Notes under the pieces: generated by a model | Told to the model about the DNA's origin: nothing | The model's database searches: none | The model's input: the letters and a program-made list of their open reading frames with translations, nothing else | In this document: in pieces, positions 1 through 7,052 of the stretch | Layout: each line of letters begins with the position of its first letter | Position numbering within the stretch: position 1 is the stretch's first letter | Source: Candidatus Woesearchaeota archaeon | Lineage (GTDB): Archaea; Nanobdellota; Nanobdellia; Pacearchaeales; GW2011-AR1 | Length of the DNA: 27,092 bases | Assembly: GCA_964530955.1 (NCBI GenBank) | Contig: CAZHCL010000006.1 | Coordinates: 1 to 27,092 of the forward strand | Direction: 5' to 3' | Translations under genes and position numbers: made by a program

Positions 1-143
1 AAGAGGATGTCTGAAAGATCAAACGTCCTCCCCTGGGAAAAAGAGGTGTACTAAATAATTGAGGTAATAAGGATATATAAACTTTTTGATTCCTTGAATA
101 GGTGCTGAAAGTTGTTGCGTACAGCAAATAATTTGTCGTCGAT

Positions 144-240
144 AAACAGCTGTTTGGGGTGTTTACTGGTAGACAAACAGGTGTTTAAAGTAGTAGATGA
201 AGGTGTTTGTCTTATCAAAAAGGTGTTTGTTGGGGTGTTT
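144..240. repeat. Cluster of AAACAG[G/C]TGTTT / GGTGTTT motifs in the intergenic region
   Basis: Perfect palindrome AAACAGCTGTTT at 144-155; AAACAGGTGTTT at 175-186; GGTGTTT cores start at 158, 180, 202, 222 and 234. Confidence 0.85.
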
Positions 241-296
241 AATGGTGCTAATCTCTTATGTTGTGATTTGCCTTTATAGCCCTTAAAACAGCAATA

Positions 297-304
297 TTTA
301 AATA
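297..304 (+). promoter_or_regulatory. Archaeal TATA box for 327..980 (probably leaderless)
   Basis: TTTAAATA ending 23 nt before the ATG at 327. Confidence 0.6.
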
Positions 305-326
305 CTATAAGAGTTGTAATGTTTTT

Positions 327-980
327 ATGTTTGAATGGTTATTCAAAAAGAAGGAAAAAAAGCTTGAGCAAAAAACTCAAGAAGGGTTTAATTCTGTAAA
401 AAAAGATATAGATGCAGTTGGAAAGTGGATTAAGTACTTGGATTCGAGAGACAAACAGGTGTTTGATCTTCTAAATGAGTTAAAAGGAGATTTAGCGTCG
501 ATACATGATGAGCTTGATGGACTTAGTGAGGCTGTGGGAATAGTCGGAGGGGGAAGAAAAAACAAACAGGTGTTTGAAAAAACAGGTGTTTTGGACAAAC
601 AAACAGCTGTAGAAGGTGTTGAAGAACCTGTTCAAACAGCTGTTCAAACAGCCAATTTTTATGATATTTTGAAGAGTTTTAGCGGAAATGAAAGATTGCT
701 TATTTTTACCCTTATGAACAGCGAAATGAAGCTAAGTTATGAGGATCTGGCCCTTCTTTTGGGAAAAGAGAAGTCTACCGTTAGGGGACAGATAAATACT
801 ATAAAACAGAAAAGTGAAGGTATTATTATGGAGATAAGTGAGAAAAATGGGAAAAAGAGAGTCTTTGTACCCTCTGAAATAAGAGAAAAACTGCTCAAAT
901 ACGCAAAAGTGAGAGTTGGGAATAACCGAAAAGTTCGTGTTAAACGTCAAAATACTGAAAATCCTGAGGAAAAGGTCTGA
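327..980 (+). CDS. Hypothetical protein: N-terminal coiled coil, low-complexity linker, C-terminal winged-helix DNA-binding domain
   Basis: 217-aa ORF. The C-terminal segment SGNERLLIFTLMNSEMKLSYEDLALLLGKEKSTVRGQINTIKQK...EKNGKKRVFV has a wHTH pattern. The N-terminus has heptad character. Confidence 0.7.
   Translation: MFEWLFKKKEKKLEQKTQEGFNSVKKDIDAVGKWIKYLDSRDKQVFDLLNELKGDLASIHDELDGLSEAVGIVGGGRKNKQVFEKTGVLDKQTAVEGVEEPVQTAVQTANFYDILKSFSGNERLLIFTLMNSEMKLSYEDLALLLGKEKSTVRGQINTIKQKSEGIIMEISEKNGKKRVFVPSEIREKLLKYAKVRVGNNRKVRVKRQNTENPEEKV
449..652. repeat. Intragenic copies of the AAACAG[G/C]TGTT motif
   Basis: AGACAAACAGGTGTTT at 449-464 is identical to 171-186. AAACAGGTGTTT at 564-575 and 580-591; AAACAGCTGT at 601-610; AAACAGCTGTT at 634-644; AAACAGC at 646-652. 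Confidence 0.85.
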
Positions 981-1035
981 AAAACAGAAAAGTGAGAGTT
1001 AGCTCTTGGGAAAAAAGGGAGATAAAAATAAAAAA

Positions 1036-1158
1036 ATGGAAATAACAGAGAAAGAGAGGGAAAAATTGAGAGAGTTGCAAATTGAAAGCTTAAAAGAGAT
1101 AGTTGTAAAAGCTAACAAAATTTCGAGTTCAGGTAAAAGTGAGGAAAAATTGGGATAA
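1036..1158 (+). CDS. Possible 40-aa small protein (MEITEKEREKLRELQIESLKEIVVKANKISSSGKSEEKLG)
   Basis: ATG 1036 to TAA 1156-1158, read by hand (below the ORF-track cutoff). GGGAG lies upstream; charged helical composition. Confidence 0.3.
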   Translation: MEITEKEREKLRELQIESLKEIVVKANKISSSGKSEEKLG

Positions 1159-1303
1159 ATATCAATTTTTCTGAGTTGCTCTGGAAAAATAAGTTCAATA
1201 GAGCTTAAAAACCTCAAAAAAGAGAGTTTTAAGGCTTTATGGAAAGATGAGAGAAAAGGTGGAAAAGAGGTAGATTTATCTAGATAATCGTTTAAACGGC
1301 TAA

Positions 1304-2011
1304 CTAGATTTCTCTGAGCTGTATGATCGTCTGTAAAGAAGCTAATTGCTTGAACTCGGAAGGTATTGAAAGGAAGATTTTCTTGTTGTTTTCCTTGTTT
1401 TTCTGAATTGGAACTCCTTTTTTAATTATCTTTTGGATATAATCTCTTATTGAAGACTCTGAAAGCGAAAGTTTCTTTGCTATAAGAGGATAATCGACGA
1501 CAAAGCCTTCCTCCTGGAGCTGATAAAGTGTTGAAAAAACAAGCATTTCTTGATTGGTAAGTTTCTTAAATTTGCTTCTGATATCTTTCTTAATCGTGTC
1601 GAGAGATTTTAGAATCTCTGAGACTTGCTCAATCTGATCAATTCGGTCAGTTCTATTGGAAATGGGGGTGTGTTGGTTTGTTTGTTGGTTTGTTGGTTTG
1701 TTTGTTGGAACCCCATCATTTCCTATGGAAATACGATAAATATGAGGTTTTAAGGCTTTATAGGGCCAATTACCTGTTGGATTGTTGGATTGTTCGTCCT
1801 CATTTGTGTTTATTTCATGAATATCTGTTGGATTACTCTCAGACTGCTGTTTGTTGGTTTGTTTGTTTGTTTGTTGGGTAGATAGAACACTATTTATGGT
1901 TCGTTTAATTTCCTGCATTTCTGAAGAGATTGATAACATGCTGTCTTTTAATGATTCAATGTCTTGCTTTGCCCTAGAAAATGCCTCTTTTATAGGATCT
2001 TTTTTGTCCAT
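1304..2011 (-). CDS. Hypothetical protein: N-terminal coiled coil, Q/T/N-rich repeat linker, C-terminal winged-helix domain
   Basis: 235-aa ORF. wHTH-like LTNQEMLVFSTLYQLQEEGFVVDYPLIAKKLSLSESSIRDYIQKIIKKGVPIQKNKENNKKIFL; linker with QTNKQTNKQ / TNKPTNQQTNQ. Confidence 0.75.
   Translation of the reverse strand: MDKKDPIKEAFSRAKQDIESLKDSMLSISSEMQEIKRTINSVLSTQQTNKQTNKQQSESNPTDIHEINTNEDEQSNNPTGNWPYKALKPHIYRISIGNDGVPTNKPTNQQTNQHTPISNRTDRIDQIEQVSEILKSLDTIKKDIRSKFKKLTNQEMLVFSTLYQLQEEGFVVDYPLIAKKLSLSESSIRDYIQKIIKKGVPIQKNKENNKKIFLSIPSEFKQLASLQTIIQLREI
1671..1877. repeat. Intragenic TGTTGG / TGTT short-repeat tracts
   Basis: TGTTGG starts at 1671, 1683, 1691, 1703, 1775, 1783, 1826, 1852 and 1872, interspersed with TTTG tetramers. 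Confidence 0.8.
1711..1731 (-). promoter_or_regulatory. ORB-like (Orc1/Cdc6 origin recognition box) element inside a coding sequence
   Basis: Minus strand TTTCCATAGGAAATGATGGGG matches the oriC box at 6617-6637 (TTTCCATGGGAAACCATGGGG) at 18/21 positions. Confidence 0.6.
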
Positions 2012-2014
2012 TTA

Positions 2015-2347
2015 TTATTCTTGCTCGTCCAGATTATAAATATTGTTATGCTGAAGTTGATTTTTCATTTTCTCAGAGGATTGGGCTTTTGAGTATACTT
2101 CGAAAACTTGATTTGAAAGACGCCAACGTATTCTTTTTGAGTAGTCTTTGCCTTCCTTGTTCTTACTTATTGAAAGAACTAGCTTTTTCTTTTCTAATTC
2201 GAGAAGAAGTAACTTGGTGAATTCTTCATCTCTTGCAATTTCAGCCCCGATCTCTGATGTGAACTTAGATTCGGGAGAAATAGAGAAGAGATAGTGAAGT
2301 ATTTGTTCTGATATTTTATCTTTTTTCTTGTCGGATATTGTGGGCAT
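2015..2347 (-). CDS. Small winged-helix-like DNA-binding protein
   Basis: 110 aa. ISEQILHYLFSISPESKFTSEIGAEIARDEEFTKLLLLELEKKKLV...RIRWRLS has a wHTH pattern. Stop is 3 nt before the start of 1304..2011, so probably one operon. Minus-strand TTTAAATA at 2369-2376. Confidence 0.65.
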   Translation of the reverse strand: MPTISDKKKDKISEQILHYLFSISPESKFTSEIGAEIARDEEFTKLLLLELEKKKLVLSISKNKEGKDYSKRIRWRLSNQVFEVYSKAQSSEKMKNQLQHNNIYNLDEQE

Positions 2348-2449
2348 GGTAGAATATACACTGAGAGTTATTTAAAGATAATGGAAAAAGTTAAATACTT
2401 GTGATAGGATAATTTAGGACTTGTCTTTTATTCAAGATTAATAGTCAAA

Positions 2450-5032
2450 ATGGCAGAAATAAAATATATTGAACCGCACAAAACAGAAGAAGTAGCGGAA
2501 ACTCTGAACCCTTTGGTTAAAGAGTGGTTCTTTTCTAAGTTTAAGGACTTTAGTCTCACTCAGCTTTATGGTGTTAAGAATATTAATGACAGGAAGAACA
2601 TACTTGTAAGTGCGCCTACTGGGGGAACTAAGACTCTTACTGCCTTTTTAGGCATTCTTAACTATGTTGTTGGGCTTGCTTTGAAAAATGAACTTGAAGA
2701 TAAGATGTACGCCGTATATACTTCTCCTTTGAAAGCACTAAGTAATGATATTTTTGTGAATTTGATAAATCCTCTGGAGGAAATGAGTGCTCTTGCTGAA
2801 AAAAAAGGACTAAAAATGCAGAATATAAGGGTTGCTCTTAGGACTGGGGACACGACTGCCTCCGAGAGAGCTAAACAGGCAAGGAAAATACCTCATATTT
2901 ATGTTACAACCCCTGAATCTCTTGCAATTGTTCTGACTACTGAGAAGTTTGTTGAGGGAATTAGGGCTCTTGAGTTCATAATTGTGGATGAAATTCATGC
3001 TTTGACTAATAAAAGAGGAGTTTATCTCTCCCTCACTCTTGAAAGGCTATGTAATTATAGTGTAATTGAACCTGTTCGTATAGGATTGAGTGCTACAATC
3101 TCTCCTCTGGAGGAAATTGCCAAGTTTCTTGTGGGAAAAGATAGAGATTGTTTGATTGCGAGTGTTAAATTAAGTAAAAAGATAGAGATTGGACTTGATT
3201 TTCCTGGTGAAAGCATACTTGAAACTGAAAATGCGGAGAATCAAAAGAAGCTTTATCATCTTTTGGATGAATTAATACAGAAAAATAGGACTACACTTAT
3301 ATTTACCAATACTAGAGCGGCTACTGAGAGGATAATTCATTACCTTGATATGCATTTCCCGGGAAAATATGAGGGTTTAATTGGGGCGCATCATAGTTCG
3401 ATGTCCAAGGAAAAGAGATTTGAGATTGAAGATAAGCTTCGAAAGGGAGAACTGAAGGTTGTTGTTTCTTCGACCTCTCTTGAACTAGGAATAGATATTG
3501 GAAGCATAGACCTAGTTATTATGTTAAGAAGCCCAAAGTCGGTTTCAAGGGCATTACAGAGAATAGGAAGGGCAGGACACAAGCTACATGACAACCCTAG
3601 AGGGGAATTCATTGTTCTTGATAGAGATGATCTTGTTGAATGTGGAATATTGATGAAAGAAATGATAGAAGGTAAGATAGACAGAGCGGAAATACCTAAA
3701 AATTGTCTAGATGTTTTGGCTCAGCAGATATTTGGAATGGCTATCTCAAAGATATGGAACATTGATGAGATGCTTTCGACTATTAGAAAGAGTTATTGCT
3801 ATGAAAATCTGAAAGAAGAAGATTTTCTGGATATAATCAGTTATCTCGCAGGGGAATATGCCCTTGAACATAGAAATGTCTATGCTAAGATATGGTATGA
3901 TGCTGGAACGAAGCAGATAGGCAAAAGAGGGAAGATGGCTCGTGTGATTTATATGACTAATATAGGAACTATCGCTGAAGAAGGATTTATCAGTGTAGTA
4001 ATACAGAGTCCTGCTGAAAAAAGAGGAGAGATAATTGGAAAGATAGATGAAAGTTTTCTTGAAAGAATGAAGAGGGATGATGTTTTTGTCCTGGGGGGAG
4101 CAAAATATCAATTCTTATTTGCAAGAGGGATGAAAGCATATGTCCGGGCAGGGGTTACAAGAAATCCTACCATTCCTTCCTGGTTTTCAGAGCAACTGCC
4201 ATTAAGCATAGATGTCGCATTGGAAATAGGGAGGTTCAGAAAGCTTGTTAAAGAAAGGCTGAAGAAAAAAGAAGATGCAATATCATTCATTGAAGAGTAT
4301 ATCCATTGCAAAAAACATGTTGCTGAAGAAATATATGAATACTTCTATGAACAGGAAAAATTTGCGGAAGTTCCAGATTCAAACACAATAGTTGTTGAAA
4401 AATTCAAAGAAGATAGGGAATATATTATGTTTCATTCTCTTTATGGAAGAAGAGTTAATGATTCACTTGCCAGAGCGTATGCTTTTGCCGCTGCACGCCT
4501 AAAATATAGGGATGTTGAAATAGGAGTTAATGATAATGGATTCTTCATTTCAGGTACGGGCATAGATGAAAATAAAATTATTGATTTTGTGACGAGTAAA
4601 AATCTTGAAGAGATACTTAGAGAAGCTATTGAAAGAACTGAAGTTCTTGCAAGAAGGTTTAGACATTGTGCTGCTCGTTCTCTTATGATTCTTAGGAATT
4701 ACAAGGGAAGGGAGAAGAGTGTTGGAAAACAGCATGTGCACTCAGGATTCCTTCTTTTAGCTGTGAAAAAAATAAGTAATGAATTTCCCATACTTAGAGA
4801 AGCAAGAAGAGAGGTATTTGAGGATCTTATGGATGTTAATGGTGCCAAAAATGTACTAAAACTTATTGAGAGGGGTGAAGTTAAAATAAAGAAGATAAGA
4901 ACTCCTTTCGTCTCTCCGTTTGGAATAAATCTAATGCTTGCCGGAAGGAGTGACTTGATAAAGATGGAGGATAAGGCTAACTTCTTAAGGAGAATGCATG
5001 AGCTCCATCTGAAGGCAATTAAAGCAAAATGA
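2450..5032 (+). CDS. lhr: ATP-dependent Lhr-family (archaeal Lhr-core) SF2 helicase
   Basis: 860 aa; motifs APTGGTKT, SPLKALSND, RTGDT, TTPESL, DEIH, GLSAT, HHSSMS, SLELGIDIG, QRIGRAGH, LDVLAQ. Confidence 0.9.
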   Translation: MAEIKYIEPHKTEEVAETLNPLVKEWFFSKFKDFSLTQLYGVKNINDRKNILVSAPTGGTKTLTAFLGILNYVVGLALKNELEDKMYAVYTSPLKALSNDIFVNLINPLEEMSALAEKKGLKMQNIRVALRTGDTTASERAKQARKIPHIYVTTPESLAIVLTTEKFVEGIRALEFIIVDEIHALTNKRGVYLSLTLERLCNYSVIEPVRIGLSATISPLEEIAKFLVGKDRDCLIASVKLSKKIEIGLDFPGESILETENAENQKKLYHLLDELIQKNRTTLIFTNTRAATERIIHYLDMHFPGKYEGLIGAHHSSMSKEKRFEIEDKLRKGELKVVVSSTSLELGIDIGSIDLVIMLRSPKSVSRALQRIGRAGHKLHDNPRGEFIVLDRDDLVECGILMKEMIEGKIDRAEIPKNCLDVLAQQIFGMAISKIWNIDEMLSTIRKSYCYENLKEEDFLDIISYLAGEYALEHRNVYAKIWYDAGTKQIGKRGKMARVIYMTNIGTIAEEGFISVVIQSPAEKRGEIIGKIDESFLERMKRDDVFVLGGAKYQFLFARGMKAYVRAGVTRNPTIPSWFSEQLPLSIDVALEIGRFRKLVKERLKKKEDAISFIEEYIHCKKHVAEEIYEYFYEQEKFAEVPDSNTIVVEKFKEDREYIMFHSLYGRRVNDSLARAYAFAAARLKYRDVEIGVNDNGFFISGTGIDENKIIDFVTSKNLEEILREAIERTEVLARRFRHCAARSLMILRNYKGREKSVGKQHVHSGFLLLAVKKISNEFPILREARREVFEDLMDVNGAKNVLKLIERGEVKIKKIRTPFVSPFGINLMLAGRSDLIKMEDKANFLRRMHELHLKAIKAK

Positions 5033-5763
5033 AAGTAATATCTGAAAAAAACATAAAATACCTTGGGAAATGCGTTCTTATCGAAGAAGGAAAAGAAAAA
5101 GTGCTTGCTGTGGGAGACATACATATAGGATATGGGAAACAGGGAGAAGCCTATGGCGCGATGGTAGATGAAAGTTTATACAATGAAATGATACATGACT
5201 TTGAAGAGATTTTTTCTTACACTGAGAAGATTGATAAGATAATTCTCCTGGGAGATTTGAAACATTCATTTTCGGGACTCGAAAAGGGAGAAAAGTATGA
5301 TTTGGTTAATCTTTTTGATTACCTAGAAAAAAAATGCAAGGAAATTATAGTTACCAAAGGGAATCATGACAACTATCTCCTTGAAGTTACTTCAGGAAGA
5401 GGGATAAGGGTTACTGAAAATTACATTTGGAAGGGTTACTGCTTTTTTCATGGGGATAGGGATTTACTTGCGATTCATGCGAGAGAGGTGAAATGCTGGC
5501 TCATGGGGCATATGCATCCGGCTGTAAAATTGAGAGAGGAAACTAAGATGGAGAAATATAAGTGCTTCCTTTCGGGGGAATTTGAAGGGAGAAAAGTCAT
5601 AATCCTGCCTTGCTTTGCAGATGCAGGTGAGGGAATTGATGCGAGAGAGATTGAAAAAGAGATTGCCTGGAACCTTGATCTCGGAAAATTTGATGTTTAT
5701 GTCGTGGGAGAAGGGCTTGAAGTACTTGGTTTTGGTAAACTTAACAAGATAAGAGAAAAATAG
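5029..5763 (+). CDS. Calcineurin-like metallophosphoesterase (Lhr-associated, PdeM/MPE-like nuclease)
   Basis: GDIH, GDLKH, GNHD, HGD and GHMHP metal-binding motifs; 4-nt ATGA overlap with lhr. Confidence 0.85.
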   Translation: MKVISEKNIKYLGKCVLIEEGKEKVLAVGDIHIGYGKQGEAYGAMVDESLYNEMIHDFEEIFSYTEKIDKIILLGDLKHSFSGLEKGEKYDLVNLFDYLEKKCKEIIVTKGNHDNYLLEVTSGRGIRVTENYIWKGYCFFHGDRDLLAIHAREVKCWLMGHMHPAVKLREETKMEKYKCFLSGEFEGRKVIILPCFADAGEGIDAREIEKEIAWNLDLGKFDVYVVGEGLEVLGFGKLNKIREK

Positions 5764-5772
5764 TAAATAATA

Positions 5773-6237
5773 TTACTTCTTACTGAGAACTTTGTTCAAA
5801 TCCACTCTTGGTAGAGGAAAATGAGCTGGCAAACTAAGTTCTTGCTCTAGAGTAAGAGCTTTAATGGAACATTTTGCAAGAATGAAATTCATAAGAAAGC
5901 TACTTAGATCCTGAGAAATTATCTTATTTTTCCAATTTTTTAGAATTTCCTTAGAGTTTTCTTTTTCTAGAGAAAGAATAATTAAACCTTCGAATGAAAT
6001 CTGTGCGGTGGTCTTATCCTTTTTGCTCTCGCCTTTGATCTTCTCTTTACCAGGTGCGTCTTTATAGTCAATGGAAAATTTAAAAGATACTCTGATAATT
6101 TCGGAATCTCTGAGAATCTCAATATTGTCTTTTTCTATTTCTAAAAATTCAACATTTGTATTTATACTTCCATCTGCTTTGGAGTCTTTATCTCTTTCTG
6201 CAGTAATTTTAGTAAAATTAAAACCTAGAACTTTCAT
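5773..6237 (-). CDS. Conserved-type archaeal hypothetical protein, possibly SecB-like fold
   Basis: 154 aa with alternating beta strands (KVLGFNFTKITAER, VSFKFSIDY, ISFEGLII) followed by helices. The fold is my inference. Lies 10 nt downstream of the PRC-barrel gene. Confidence 0.5.
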   Translation of the reverse strand: MKVLGFNFTKITAERDKDSKADGSINTNVEFLEIEKDNIEILRDSEIIRVSFKFSIDYKDAPGKEKIKGESKKDKTTAQISFEGLIILSLEKENSKEILKNWKNKIISQDLSSFLMNFILAKCSIKALTLEQELSLPAHFPLPRVDLNKVLSKK

Positions 6238-6247
6238 TTTGACAGAA

Positions 6248-6508
6248 TTAGGCTAAGTCTTCTTCAGAAATAACGACAAAATCCCCTATTGCAATAATAG
6301 TATTGTAGGGAACAAGGACATCTCTTGAGGGAGAAACTTCGAGATTGAGGTTTCTTGTGTAGGGAGTAGGATCTTTGACAACAATTTGAATCAGCTCACC
6401 AGTTCTTGTCTCAAAAGTTATATCTTTAACTATTCCCAATCTTTTTCCCTCTTTTGTTACGACAAGCTTTCCAATTATTTCTTTTAATGGCTTTTTATCA
6501 AGAGTCAT
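6248..6508 (-). CDS. PRC-barrel domain protein (possibly CdpB-like)
   Basis: 86 aa; IIGKLVVTKEGKRLGIVKDITFETRTGEL...VPYNTIIAIGDFVVI is the PRC-barrel signature. Minus-strand TTTAAATA at 6530-6537. Confidence 0.85.
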   Translation of the reverse strand: MTLDKKPLKEIIGKLVVTKEGKRLGIVKDITFETRTGELIQIVVKDPTPYTRNLNLEVSPSRDVLVPYNTIIAIGDFVVISEEDLA

Positions 6509-6609
6509 AGTTGTTTGTAATATGATTCATATTTAAACTTTTCCATAATTCATCTTGCATGTTTTAATAAACAGTAATCTATTAGAAATAACTGTGAAAC
6601 GGGATTAAT

Positions 6610-6990
6610 ACCCTGTCCCCATGGTTTCCCATGGAAAAGAGAAAAGGTTTATAAACTAATCTGGATGTTTTTACTTTTATTTTTTATTTTTAAATATATA
6701 TATTATATATTATATATTATAAGATATATATTATAGTATGGTAGTTTAAGTTCTCTTTAATTTAAAAGATATTGAAATAATTTTTTAAGTTTTCCATGAG
6801 AAGAGAAGGTCTGAGGGGAGAGAAATTTTTTAAATTATATTAATTTGTTTTTTTTGATTAAAAAATTATTTAACGGTACTTTAATTTTTATATTGAGATT
6901 AGCGTCGATAAGATCAAAAGTTCGCTATTTCACAAATCAGAACAATATTAGTTTGAATTTTATGCTTTAGCTTTCCACAGGAAATAATGT
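6610..6990. other. Candidate chromosomal replication origin (oriC)
   Basis: Non-coding gap 6509-7052 directly upstream of cdc6. AT-only run about 6690-6737. ORB-like boxes at 6617-6637 (-, with GGGG), 6791-6818 (+, TTTCCATGAGAAG...TCTGAGGGG) and 6972-6989 (+, TTTCCACAGGAAATAATG). Confidence 0.8.
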
Positions 6991-7052
6991 TTATAGCATA
7001 GATAAGTTTATAATAAGAAACGTATTAAAATAAAAATAAAAAGAGAGGGAAG

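Noticed and set aside
531-553. GCTGTGGGAATAGTCGGAGGGGG as an ORB in the first wHTH gene
   Set aside because: It has a G-run but lacks the TTCC half of the dyad; explained by Gly codons.
144-652. CRISPR array interpretation of the repeats
   Set aside because: Units are only 7-16 bp, spacing is irregular, there are no unique spacers of constant length and no cas genes.
1206-1233. Imperfect inverted repeat TTAAAAACCTC-AAAAAA-GAGAGTTTTAA as a terminator
   Set aside because: Weak AT-rich stem; archaeal termination usually relies on U-tracts, so it cannot be supported.
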